Shown: one piece after another, positions 9,203 to 18,264 of the stretch
Layout of the letters: each line of letters starts with the position of its first letter
Numbering within the stretch: position 1 is the first letter of the stretch
NCBI RefSeq assembly: GCF_001642725.1
Contig: NZ_LSUQ01000006.1
Coordinates: forward strand, 1 to 64,000
Origin: Ferroacidibacillus organovorans
GTDB taxonomy: Bacteria > Bacillota > Bacilli > Alicyclobacillales > SLC66
Length of the DNA: 64,000 bases
Direction: 5' to 3'
Made by a program: the position numbers and the translations under genes
Notes under the pieces: generated by a model
Database searches by the model: none
Told to the model about the DNA's origin: nothing
Seen by the model: the letters and a program-made list of their open reading frames with translations, nothing else

Positions 9203-9304
9203 GCGTGAACGCAGATTTCGCGCGCAGCTTGTCTAGAAAGCGCTGATTTCGCATACCCTAGAATCGCCGGCCACGCACAGCGCGGTGATAAGGGGGGATG
9301 GCAC

Positions 9305-10378
9305 ATGACGGAGCGGCGATCCCGCCTGCTGTTTATTGCGGTCATGACGCTGCTCGTGCTTTGCGACATCGCTTTGTTGGGGCATCTGCGCGCATTTTTC
9401 ACTGACATCTGGGCGGTCGCGCGCGCGGTGATTGGCCCGCTTTTGCTCGCGATCATTGCAACATACGTGTTGCGCCCATCCGTCGATCTGCTCGAGCAAC
9501 GCCGCGTTCCGCGCACGATCGCGATTCTCATGCTCTATACGATGATTCTCGTGTTGATCTTGCTGTTACTGGTTAGCACCATTCCGCTTTTACTTCATCA
9601 AATGCAACTTTTCATCACGTATTTGCCAGGCTACGTGACAATGGTTGACAAGACGATCGATCACATGTCAATCGCCACGCGCGTCCTTCCAAATAGCGTC
9701 AGACTTGGTATTGAAAAGGCACTTTCAAGCGCCGAAGGCGGCATTGCAGCTTGGCTATCTGGCACGCTTATCGGTGTGCGGGATTTGATCACAGGGATCG
9801 TGTCTGCGTTTGTCATCCCGTTTCTTGTTTTTTATCTCCTAAAGGATTACAGTCGCTTTCAATTGTTGCTCGTGCGCCTTTTTCCGCGTTCACAGCGTGA
9901 GACGGTCGTGCGCATTTTGCAGGGGGTTGACCACGCGCTCGGAAGGTATGTGCGCGGTCAGTTGCTCGTGATGGCGCTGGTGGGGGTTGCCACACTCATC
10001 GGTCTGATGATCGTGCGCATGCCAAATGCGCTACTGCTCTCGGTGGTGGTGGGGCTCACCAATATCATTCCGTATGTCGGGCCGTTTATCGGCGCCGCGC
10101 CCGGGCTCGTCATGGCCATCGGCATCTCTAAAGGAATGTTTATTAACGTTTTGCTTGTGAATCTGGTTGTGCAGCAGTTGGAAGGAAATTTGCTCTCCCC
10201 GATGATTATGGGAAAAACGATCGAGTTACATCCGCTGCTCATTTTGCTTGGCGTGATGGCGGCAGGCGAGATCGGCGGGATCACGGGACTCATCTTCGCG
10301 GTGCCCATCCTTGCGGTTATCAAGGTGGTCTACACGCAGATCCATCTTCACGTTTCGCGAAATGATGGGGGATCTTGA
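9305..10378 (+). CDS. AI-2E family transporter (YrrI/TqsA-like)
   Basis: TNIIPYVGPFIG, VQQLEGNLLSPMIMG, LHPLLI and GLIFAVP motifs. Confidence 0.9.
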   Translation: MTERRSRLLFIAVMTLLVLCDIALLGHLRAFFTDIWAVARAVIGPLLLAIIATYVLRPSVDLLEQRRVPRTIAILMLYTMILVLILLLLVSTIPLLLHQMQLFITYLPGYVTMVDKTIDHMSIATRVLPNSVRLGIEKALSSAEGGIAAWLSGTLIGVRDLITGIVSAFVIPFLVFYLLKDYSRFQLLLVRLFPRSQRETVVRILQGVDHALGRYVRGQLLVMALVGVATLIGLMIVRMPNALLLSVVVGLTNIIPYVGPFIGAAPGLVMAIGISKGMFINVLLVNLVVQQLEGNLLSPMIMGKTIELHPLLILLGVMAAGEIGGITGLIFAVPILAVIKVVYTQIHLHVSRNDGGS

Positions 10379-10403
10379 CCTTTTCTTACAAATCGTGTAT
10401 GCT
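10375..10403 (+). promoter_or_regulatory. Putative sigma-A promoter directly in front of the 5S rRNA gene
   Basis: TTGACC (10375-10380), 17 nt, TATGCT (10398-10403). Confidence 0.65.
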
Positions 10404-10411
10404 TACTCTTG

Positions 10412-10528
10412 CCTGGTGATGATGGCGGAGGGGACACACTCGTTCCCATCCCGAACACGGCAGTTAAGCCCTCCAGCGCCGATGGTACTTGGACCGCAGG
10501 GTCCTGGGAGAGTAGGACGTTGCCAGAC
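10412..10528 (+). rRNA. rrf: 5S ribosomal RNA (stand-alone, no adjacent 16S/23S)
   Basis: CCTGGTG...GTTCCCATCCCGAACACGG...GTTAAGC...AGCGCCGATGGTACT...GGGAGAGTAGGACGTTGCCAG; ends pair as helix I; ~117 nt. Confidence 0.97.
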
Positions 10529-10534
10529 AAACGA

Positions 10535-10561
10535 GCGACACCTCACGGTGTCGCTTTTTTT
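10535..10561 (+). terminator. Terminator of the 5S gene
   Basis: AGCGACACC-tcac-GGTGTCGCT followed by a T-run. Confidence 0.85.
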
Positions 10562-10571
10562 CTTCAAATGG

Positions 10572-10615
10572 TAGCAAAAAAGCACCTGACTTCGATATCA
10601 GGTGCTTTTTTGCTA
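10572..10615. terminator. Bidirectional terminator (serves the GT2/MTase gene)
   Basis: TAGCAAAAAAGCACCTGA / TCAGGTGCTTTTTTGCTA perfect inverted repeat with A/T tracts. Confidence 0.85.
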
Positions 10616-10622
10616 ATGCATG

Positions 10623-12017
10623 TTATTTTTCTGCTTTGACGAGATACTGATAGACATTGAATTGCGTTGGCTCAGTATGAATTGAAAGCTTCATAAGGCT
10701 TGCAATCCAAATTTGGTCATTTTCCGAAATTGGCATTTGTGTAGAACTGTATAACCGGTTTATGAATCCACAGTTAACAAACATGCGTTCAATTTCATAG
10801 AGTGTGAAAAAACGGATGTGTGTTCGGTCTAATAACCCTGCATCTGTGTAGGTGAATTGTCCGTTGATGAGACTGCGTAGTGCACTAACATGCATCAAGT
10901 TGGGTATACTTGAGAGTACATATCCCCCCACTTTTAGATAATTCCTCAGATTAGCAAGCACTTTCCAAGGATCATATAAATGTTCAAGTACATCAGCCAA
11001 GATGATATAGTCAAAAAAATCCTGAGGGTATGAGAGGGGTTCTTCTGCGTTCATCGCCTGAACCTTCGCGAATGTTTCGGCAATAGCGGAAGAATGGGGA
11101 TTTAACTCAATTCCGTATAGTTCGGCTTGTGGAAACCTATTTTTAATTTCTAATAGGGTTGCACCGCATGCACAGCCAATTTCAAGGACGCGAAGCGGGG
11201 CGCTCGAATCATGTTGGTCGAGCAATTGCAGAAGTTCATAACGTATAAATGAAGAATACGTTGTGTTAAATCCCCATTTTTTTTCGAATTTTGCCTGGTT
11301 CGTGGTAAGTAGTTGGTGATAAAGAGATTGTTCTTTTCCGAAGGATACAGAGCCTGTGTGATGAATAAATACATCTCGACATAGTTTGAGGCGATACCCC
11401 ATTTGAACCATGCGGTAGGATAGATCATCATCTTCAAAATTTCCGGGAGAAAACTGTTCGTCGAGTAGGCCAATTGTATCGATCACCGAACGTTTGATAA
11501 GTATACAAAATCCTACAAGTTTTAAACGGTATTCTGATCTGCCATATGCATCACTCATGATATCCTTTGCGAATTGTTGCATTTCATCGAGCGATGAATA
11601 GGAAACTGGGATTGCTTGATAGTAACTGCAGTTATTTGTGATTGGACCAACGGCACCAGTGAATTCATCTTCATATAAGACCTCTGTCATGCGTTTTAAC
11701 CATTTTGAAGTAACGACTGTATCATTATTTAAGAGAAGAATATTATTTCGCGTCGCAAGCTGTATGCCTTGATTGCATCCTGCTGGAAATCCAACATTTA
11801 TTAGATTCTCCTGAACGATCAGATCCGGCTGGGCGTGTAGCCATTCGCGCGTTCCGTCAGTCGATGCGTTGTCAATGACGATGATCTCATAGTCGACATC
11901 TGACGTGTAGTCGCGAATACTTTGAATGCATAACTGCGTGTGCACGAGTTGGTTGTGAGTCAGAATTACAATGCTTGTAGAGTATAGACTCGCATCAGTC
12001 TGTAGCGTGTATTCCAT
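10623..12017 (-). CDS. Bifunctional glycosyltransferase family 2 / class I SAM-dependent methyltransferase
   Basis: N-half: SIVILTHN, IIVIDNASTDGT, LLLNNDT, GNFEDDD; C-half: VLEIGCACG, DVLEHL, GLLDRTHIRFFT. Confidence 0.88.
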   Translation of the reverse strand: MEYTLQTDASLYSTSIVILTHNQLVHTQLCIQSIRDYTSDVDYEIIVIDNASTDGTREWLHAQPDLIVQENLINVGFPAGCNQGIQLATRNNILLLNNDTVVTSKWLKRMTEVLYEDEFTGAVGPITNNCSYYQAIPVSYSSLDEMQQFAKDIMSDAYGRSEYRLKLVGFCILIKRSVIDTIGLLDEQFSPGNFEDDDLSYRMVQMGYRLKLCRDVFIHHTGSVSFGKEQSLYHQLLTTNQAKFEKKWGFNTTYSSFIRYELLQLLDQHDSSAPLRVLEIGCACGATLLEIKNRFPQAELYGIELNPHSSAIAETFAKVQAMNAEEPLSYPQDFFDYIILADVLEHLYDPWKVLANLRNYLKVGGYVLSSIPNLMHVSALRSLINGQFTYTDAGLLDRTHIRFFTLYEIERMFVNCGFINRLYSSTQMPISENDQIWIASLMKLSIHTEPTQFNVYQYLVKAEK

Positions 12018-12063
12018 GAAAAATGCCTCCTGAGTTGAACGGTATCGATGATGCGACCCGCGG

Positions 12064-12636
12064 TCAGCGATTGAGAATTCCGCGCAGGTGCAGGTCGCAA
12101 AAGTAGCGTGCTATCTCCTGCGGTGACTTTTTTCCATCCGCTTTATACCAGCGATAGACCCAGTTGCAAGATCCGAGAATGGAGAGGGCAGTCAAGCGTG
12201 GATCCTCGCCTCGAAATTCTCGTGTGGCGACCCCTTCTCGGATAATTTGTACCCATAGGTTCAGATAGCGATCGTTTGCATCTTTGATGAGTTGATGCTG
12301 GTCATCGCTTAAGAAAAAGGCCTCGCGAAGTAAGACGGTGGTCATCTCAAGGTGGCCGATGACGATATCAAAATGGTGTAGGATTGCCCGCTCAAGTTTC
12401 TCCTGTGCGGAGGATGCTTGTTCGCACACGGCTTCGAGATCGCGGCAAAATCCATTGATGGATTTTGTGGCGATCTCCAGCAACAACTCTTCTTTGCTGT
12501 TGATATAATGGTACAAACTGCCTTTTTGTAGGCCTACTTCATCGGCAATATCTTGAACAGAGGTGGCGTGATACCCTTTTCGGTTGAAAAGGGTGATGGC
12601 AGCTTGCGCGATTTCGTCATACTTGTTTGTGGCCAA
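12064..12636 (-). CDS. TetR/AcrR family transcriptional regulator (KstR2-like C-terminus)
   Basis: HTH LFNRKGYHATSVQDIADEVGLQKGSLYHYINSKEELL; C-terminal NWVYRWY. Confidence 0.9.
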   Translation of the reverse strand: MATNKYDEIAQAAITLFNRKGYHATSVQDIADEVGLQKGSLYHYINSKEELLLEIATKSINGFCRDLEAVCEQASSAQEKLERAILHHFDIVIGHLEMTTVLLREAFFLSDDQHQLIKDANDRYLNLWVQIIREGVATREFRGEDPRLTALSILGSCNWVYRWYKADGKKSPQEIARYFCDLHLRGILNR

Positions 12637-12667
12637 AAGGGTACCTTCTCACACATTCATTTTCCTC

Positions 12668-12697
12668 AGTCTACCAACATGCGTGTGAAGGCGTCAA
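12668..12697 (-). promoter_or_regulatory. Putative sigma-A promoter of the TetR gene
   Basis: Minus strand TTGACG-18 nt-TAGACT with extended TG. Confidence 0.55.
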
Positions 12698-12722
12698 TTG
12701 AGTGATGCGTCAATTGGGTGAT
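12691..12722. repeat. 16-bp tandem direct repeat (2 copies)
   Basis: GCGTCAATTGAGTGAT GCGTCAATTGGGTGAT, one mismatch. Confidence 0.8.
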
Positions 12723-12781
12723 GGTGTCATGAAAGGCGGTTCGTTTTAAGAGGTTGAATCTAGTTCATGGAGGAATGGTGG

Positions 12782-13474
12782 ATGCAGAGAGAAGGCAATC
12801 TTTACATCTTTGATATGGATGGAACGCTGTTTCGGACGGAGGGGCTCGCCGTAAAAGCGTTTCGGGAAACCTTTGTCCGTCTTGAGGCGCGTGGAGTGAA
12901 ATGTCCAATGGACGTGACGGATGGGGAGATTGTAGGAACATTCGGCCGCGTTCATGAAGAGATTTGGGAAGTGTTATACAGTCGACGTTTGACAAAGGAC
13001 GAGTTGGAAGTGGCAGACGCGATTCTTCTTGAAGAAGAACTCGCTTTGTTAAAAAGAGGATACGGGAAACTTTATGATTGTGTTGAAAGCACCTTGGAAA
13101 CACTGACAAAGGAAGGGGCGATTTGTGCCGTGGCAAGCAACGGTCAGCAGCGCTACATCGAGGGAATAGCAGATCACTTCGGTATCTCTCGCTATTTCAA
13201 AGGTGGACTTTTGAGCGCGGGCGGCATGCGTGTCGCACAAAAAGCGGATCTTGTTGGCGCGCTGTTAAAAGAAAATCCCCATAAACACGCGATGATGGTC
13301 GGTGATCGCTCATCGGATATCGCGGCTGGCATGGCGCACGGAATCCATACGGTTGCGTGTCAATACGGGTTTGGATCGCTTGAAGAATGGCGCATGGCTG
13401 ATGATCAAGTTCATCGTTTCGACGAAATTTTAAATTTGACACCACGTGCACGTCGTACTATGATTAAGCCATAA
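12782..13474 (+). CDS. HAD superfamily hydrolase (phosphoglycolate-phosphatase-like)
   Basis: IFDMDGTL (motif I), VASNG (II), MVGDRSSD (IV); ATG 12782 after GGAGG. Confidence 0.88.
   Translation: MQREGNLYIFDMDGTLFRTEGLAVKAFRETFVRLEARGVKCPMDVTDGEIVGTFGRVHEEIWEVLYSRRLTKDELEVADAILLEEELALLKRGYGKLYDCVESTLETLTKEGAICAVASNGQQRYIEGIADHFGISRYFKGGLLSAGGMRVAQKADLVGALLKENPHKHAMMVGDRSSDIAAGMAHGIHTVACQYGFGSLEEWRMADDQVHRFDEILNLTPRARRTMIKP
13436..13464 (+). promoter_or_regulatory. Sigma-A promoter of the ctsR-mcsA-mcsB-clpC operon (inside the HAD gene 3' end)
   Basis: TTGACA-17 nt-TATGAT immediately upstream of the CtsR box. Confidence 0.75.
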
Positions 13475-13497
13475 GGTCAAAGATAGTCAAAGTCAAA
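13475..13497 (+). promoter_or_regulatory. CtsR operator
   Basis: GGTCAAA-GAT-AGTCAAA-GTCAAA matches the RGTCAAA-NAN-RGTCAAA heptad repeat, plus a third copy. Confidence 0.9.
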
Positions 13498-13529
13498 TTG
13501 CTGATTTTCAAGAGGGAGGGATGGGATGG

Positions 13530-14006
13530 GTGAAAAGTACGGCTGATCAGATCGAAGCCTATCTCTTCAAGAGGATTGAAGACAGTGAGAATGGCATGAT
13601 CGATCTACAACGAAACGAATTGGCGCAACTCTTTTCTTGTGTTCCTTCACAAATCAATTATGTGATCGCCACTCGCTTTACACTTGAGCGGGGTTATGTG
13701 ATCGAGTCAAAGCGTGGCGGTGGAGGATATATACGGATTCGCCGAGTTACCGACGAAGCGCACTCGGAACTGGATCCAATCATGCGCGCCATCGGTTCTC
13801 AGATTAGCCAGCGCGAAGCAGAAGGCATTGTCTGGCGCATGGAGTCAGACGGGATCTTGACGGCGCGCGAGGCAAAAATGATGCGTGCGGTGCTTTCGAG
13901 GGACGTGATTCACATGCCACTGCCGGCACGCGATGAGTTACGGGCACGTCTCTTTGTGGCGATGCTGGTCGCTGTTTTAACGCATGATGGAGAAGAAATG
14001 GAATAG
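13530..14006 (+). CDS. ctsR: Class III heat-shock repressor CtsR
   Basis: CVPSQINYVIATRF and ESKRGGGGYIRI motifs; GTG 13530 fits RBS spacing. Confidence 0.96.
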   Translation: MKSTADQIEAYLFKRIEDSENGMIDLQRNELAQLFSCVPSQINYVIATRFTLERGYVIESKRGGGGYIRIRRVTDEAHSELDPIMRAIGSQISQREAEGIVWRMESDGILTAREAKMMRAVLSRDVIHMPLPARDELRARLFVAMLVAVLTHDGEEME

Positions 14007-14060
14007 TACATCGAGCCACACGTGAGTTGCTCGATTGGGTTATGTCAGGAGGTGATCGCT

Positions 14061-14573
14061 GTGATGTGCGAGCAGTGTGGAAATCGCACGGCGACCGTTC
14101 ACTTTACCGAGATTGTGCAGGGCGAGAAAAATGAATTCCATCTTTGTGAGACCTGCGCGAAAGAAAAGGGATACGCCGCGTATCAATTTATGACAGGCGC
14201 GTTCTCTGTCAATCAGTTGCTGTCGGGACTGATGAACCTTGATCCTGCTGTGAAGCAGCGGGCCGGGTCATCACAGACGCGTTGTGAATCGTGTGGTCTT
14301 ACGTTTTCGCAGTTCTCTCAGATTGGACGATTCGGGTGCGCGCATTGTTACGAGGCGTTCGCGCCGGGTCTCAATCCGATGCTCAAAAAAATTCAGAGCT
14401 CCAATCAACACGTGGGGAAGGTACCAAAGCGACAAGGGGGCACGATCGCCTATCGCCGCGAACTGACCCGTCTTCGACAGGAACTTCAGACGCGCATCCA
14501 GCAAGAGCAGTTTGAAGAGGCGGCGCGATTGCGCGATCAGATTCGCGAACTTGAGACGCGTGTGATGGAGTAA
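14061..14573 (+). CDS. mcsA: McsA, activator of protein arginine kinase (Zn fingers + UVR)
   Basis: Four CxxC motifs, GRFGCAHCY, HVGKVP, EQFEEAARLRDQI. Confidence 0.95.
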   Translation: MMCEQCGNRTATVHFTEIVQGEKNEFHLCETCAKEKGYAAYQFMTGAFSVNQLLSGLMNLDPAVKQRAGSSQTRCESCGLTFSQFSQIGRFGCAHCYEAFAPGLNPMLKKIQSSNQHVGKVPKRQGGTIAYRRELTRLRQELQTRIQQEQFEEAARLRDQIRELETRVME

Positions 14574-14607
14574 GCAGAAATTTCGACAGGATGAAGAAGG
14601 TGATCGG

Positions 14608-15684
14608 ATGTCTCTTGAAGACTACCTTGCGCAAAACTCCGCAACGTGGCTAAAGGATGATGGCCCCGAATCAGACATTGTCATCAGTAGCCGCGTGCGT
14701 ATCGCACGAAACCTGCGTGGACGCATCTTTCCGATGCTGGCAACGGATCAAGACAAGCAGGAGATTCTGGAGGCGGCGGCTCGCGCGGCAAAACACAGTG
14801 CGCTTTCTAAGCTCGGACCTTTTGAGCTGTTTGCGATGCGTGATCTGTCAGAGGTTGACCAGCAAGTTCTCATTGAAAAACATCTGATCAGTCCGGGCTT
14901 GATCGAATCATCGGGTGGCGCTGTTCTTTTACGGCCTGATGAGGAAGTGAGCATCATGGTCAATGAAGAAGACCATCTGCGGATTCAGTGCCTGTTGCCT
15001 GGGTATCAACTTGAGACGACGTACCGTCTGGCCGATCAGTTGGATGATGGACTAGAAGAAATGATCGACTATGCGTTTGATGAAGAGAAAGGTTATTTGA
15101 CGGCATGTCCGACAAACGTCGGAACGGGGATGCGGGCGTCCATCATGATGCACCTGCCTGTTCTCGTGTTGACGGGGCACATCAACCGCATCCTGACCGC
15201 CGTGACGCATGTGGGACTGGCTGTTCGCGGAATCTATGGTGAGGGCAGCGATGCACTCGGGAACCTATTTCAAATCTCCAATCAGATCACGCTTGGTCAA
15301 ACCGAACAGGAGATTATCGGGAACCTGCATGGAGTCGCGCGACAGTTGATCAATCACGAGCGAACTGCGCGTCAGCATCTTTTGCAAACGAATCGCGTGT
15401 TGCTTGAAGACCGCGTATGTCGCTCGTTTGGCATTCTTGCGTATGCGCGTCAGATTGATTCCAAAGAGGCGCTCTCTCGGCTCTCTGATGTGCGTCTGGG
15501 CATTGATCTTGGCATCATTCGCGGCGTTTCCGCAGGGATTCTAAAAGAGTTGATGGTAGCGACGCAACCGGGTTCTCTACAGAAAGCGGCGGGCCAGACG
15601 ATGACTCCAGAGGAGCGGGATGTTCGCCGTGCCGCACTGATTCGCGATCGGCTGCGCGCCGATCCATCGAGCTCACTGCAATAA
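14608..15684 (+). CDS. mcsB: Protein arginine kinase McsB
   Basis: [28 protein letters not shown]. Confidence 0.96.
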   Translation: MSLEDYLAQNSATWLKDDGPESDIVISSRVRIARNLRGRIFPMLATDQDKQEILEAAARAAKHSALSKLGPFELFAMRDLSEVDQQVLIEKHLISPGLIESSGGAVLLRPDEEVSIMVNEEDHLRIQCLLPGYQLETTYRLADQLDDGLEEMIDYAFDEEKGYLTACPTNVGTGMRASIMMHLPVLVLTGHINRILTAVTHVGLAVRGIYGEGSDALGNLFQISNQITLGQTEQEIIGNLHGVARQLINHERTARQHLLQTNRVLLEDRVCRSFGILAYARQIDSKEALSRLSDVRLGIDLGIIRGVSAGILKELMVATQPGSLQKAAGQTMTPEERDVRRAALIRDRLRADPSSSLQ

Positions 15685-15698
15685 CGGAGGGGATGAAG

Positions 15699-18137
15699 AT
15701 GATGTTCAATCGATTCACGGAACGCGCGCAAAAAGTGCTTACACTCGCGCATGAAGAAGCGGTGCGACTGGGACATCCTGGCGTCGGCACGGAACATATT
15801 CTCCTTGGTCTCGTTCGGGAAGGTGAAGGCATTGCGGCAAAAGCGCTCGTCAGCTTTGGCCTCAGCGCAGAAAAGATTCAGCGCGAAGTAGAGCAGATTA
15901 TCGGGCGCGGAACGGGCAATGCGACAGGCACGACGTATACGCCGCGCGCGAAAAAGGTGATCGAGCTCTCGATGGATGAGGCTCGCAAACTCGGCCACAA
16001 TTACATTGGCACAGAGCACATCCTGCTCGGCCTGATTCGCGAGGGGGAAGGCATTGCCGCGCGCGTGCTCACAAACCTTGGCATCAGTCTGAACAAGGCG
16101 CGCCAGCAAGTCTTACAGTTACTTGGTTCGGACGCCCCAGAAGCAAGCTCGGATAATACACCTTCGGCGAGTACGCCGACGCTCGACGGACTCGCACGCG
16201 ATTTGACTGTTCTTGCGAAAGACGGAAAACTCGATCCTGTGATTGGACGTGCAAAAGAGATTGAGCGCGTGATCCAGGTGCTCTCGCGACGCACAAAGAA
16301 CAACCCTGTGCTCATTGGGGAGCCGGGCGTTGGAAAGACGGCGGTCGCAGAGGGGCTCGCGCAACGCATCGTGACCAACGAAATTCCAGAGGTGCTTCGC
16401 AATAAGCGCGTCATGGTGCTCGACATGGGAACCGTGGTTGCGGGAACCAAGTATCGCGGTGAGTTTGAGGATCGATTGAAGAAGATTATGGATGAGATTC
16501 GCAATGCGGGGAATGTGATTCTCTTCATCGACGAGTTGCACACCTTGATTGGCGCGGGTGGCGCAGAGGGCGCGATTGACGCGTCAAACATCCTGAAACC
16601 GGCGCTTGCACGCGGTGAGCTTCAGTGCATCGGAGCGACAACGCTTGACGAGTATCGCAAGCACATCGAGAAGGATGCAGCCCTTGAGCGGCGCTTCCAG
16701 CCAATCAAGGTGGAGCAACCCTCGACGGAAGAGGCGATTCAGATCCTGCTCGGTTTGCGTGACCGCTACGAGGCGCACCATCGCGTAAAAATCACCGATC
16801 AAGCGGTGGAAGCGGCGGTTCGCTACTCAGATCGCTACATCACGGATCGTTTCCTCCCTGACAAGGCGATCGATTTGATTGATGAAGCAGGCTCGCGCGT
16901 GCGGCTGCGCACGTATACTGCGCCGCCCAATTTGAAAGAGGCCGAGCAAAAACTCGAAGAGATTCGCTCTGAGAAGGACTCGGCCATTCAGGGGCAAGAA
17001 TTTGAGTTGGCCGCCTCGCTGCGCGACCAGGAGCAGAAGCTTCGAGATGAGCTGGAGCGCCGGAAAATGGAGTGGCAGCAGCGGCAGGATTCACACGATG
17101 TGGCTGTGACAGAAGAGGATATTGCGGAAATTGTCTCTAGTTGGACGGGGATTCCAATCAAGAAGTTGGCTGAAGGGGAAACGCAGCGGCTTCTCAACAT
17201 GGAACAATTGCTGCATGAGCGAGTCATTGGACAGGATGAGGCGGTCAAAGCCGTGGCGCGCGCGATTCGGCGGGCGCGGGCGGGTCTGAAAGATCCGAAG
17301 CGACCGATCGGGTCGTTCATCTTCCTTGGTCCGACGGGTGTTGGGAAAACGGAATTGGCGCGGGCGCTTGCGGAGTCAATGTTTGGGGATGAGGACGCCA
17401 TGATTCGGATTGACATGTCCGAATACATGGAACGCCACACCACAGCGCGGCTTGTCGGAGCGCCTCCGGGCTATGTCGGGTTTGACGAAGGTGGACAGCT
17501 GACGGAAAAGGTTCGCAGGAAACCCTATTCCGTGGTGTTGCTCGACGAGATTGAAAAGGCGCACCCTGAGGTGTTTAACGTTCTCTTGCAGGTGCTGGAT
17601 GACGGTCGATTGACGGATGGCAAAGGGAGAACGGTTGATTTTCGGAATACAGTGATCATCATGACGTCAAACGTTGGCGCGCAGATGGTCAAAAAAGGTG
17701 GGCCACTCGGATTTACGAATAATCGCGAGAACGAGTACAACGACATGAAAGACAAAGTGATGGAAGAGTTAAAGCGAACCTTCCGACCGGAATTCTTAAA
17801 CCGGATTGATGACTTAATCGTCTTTCACTCGCTCGCAGAGCAAGACATCTCGAAGATCGTCAAACTACTTTTGGAAGAGCTCCGTGCGCGCCTTCACGAT
17901 TATGGTCTCGATTTTACGCTGACAGAAGGCGCTGAAGCGTTCTTGGCGAAGGAAGGGTTTGACCCGCAGTATGGCGCGCGCCCACTGAAGCGCGCGATGC
18001 AGCGCCACATTGAGGATCGTCTCTCGGAGGCGCTGTTGAGCGGGGAGATCAAACAGGGCGATCACGTTACGATGGATCTTGATCCGGAGGGCGGATTGCG
18101 TGTGATCCGCGAAACGAAAGAGGTTGTCGGAAGCTGA
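15699..18137 (+). CDS. clpC: ATP-dependent Clp protease ATP-binding subunit ClpC
   Basis: Clp-N repeats; two Walker A ([16 protein letters not shown]); operon context. Confidence 0.97.
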   Translation: MMFNRFTERAQKVLTLAHEEAVRLGHPGVGTEHILLGLVREGEGIAAKALVSFGLSAEKIQREVEQIIGRGTGNATGTTYTPRAKKVIELSMDEARKLGHNYIGTEHILLGLIREGEGIAARVLTNLGISLNKARQQVLQLLGSDAPEASSDNTPSASTPTLDGLARDLTVLAKDGKLDPVIGRAKEIERVIQVLSRRTKNNPVLIGEPGVGKTAVAEGLAQRIVTNEIPEVLRNKRVMVLDMGTVVAGTKYRGEFEDRLKKIMDEIRNAGNVILFIDELHTLIGAGGAEGAIDASNILKPALARGELQCIGATTLDEYRKHIEKDAALERRFQPIKVEQPSTEEAIQILLGLRDRYEAHHRVKITDQAVEAAVRYSDRYITDRFLPDKAIDLIDEAGSRVRLRTYTAPPNLKEAEQKLEEIRSEKDSAIQGQEFELAASLRDQEQKLRDELERRKMEWQQRQDSHDVAVTEEDIAEIVSSWTGIPIKKLAEGETQRLLNMEQLLHERVIGQDEAVKAVARAIRRARAGLKDPKRPIGSFIFLGPTGVGKTELARALAESMFGDEDAMIRIDMSEYMERHTTARLVGAPPGYVGFDEGGQLTEKVRRKPYSVVLLDEIEKAHPEVFNVLLQVLDDGRLTDGKGRTVDFRNTVIIMTSNVGAQMVKKGGPLGFTNNRENEYNDMKDKVMEELKRTFRPEFLNRIDDLIVFHSLAEQDISKIVKLLLEELRARLHDYGLDFTLTEGAEAFLAKEGFDPQYGARPLKRAMQRHIEDRLSEALLSGEIKQGDHVTMDLDPEGGLRVIRETKEVVGS

Positions 18138-18158
18138 GCGACACCGGGTTGATTCGAC

Positions 18159-18190
18159 GCCGTGGGTGGGGACGCCCACGGCATTTTGTT
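18159..18190 (+). terminator. Terminator after clpC
   Basis: GCCGTGGGT / GCCCACGGC stem then ATTTTGTT. Confidence 0.6.
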
Positions 18191-18264
18191 CTTGATTTGA
18201 CTGGGTGGGAAATATCCAATTTGCTATGGTGAGGACAAAAATCAAGGCGTATAGTGGTGACACA

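Noticed and set aside
10311..10639. Four short ORFs on both strands over 10311-10639
   Set aside because: They are translations of the 5S rRNA gene and its terminators
10530..12060. Possible integrative element at the 5S gene
   Set aside because: No integrase, transposase or duplicated 5S 3' end seen; only a compositional shift
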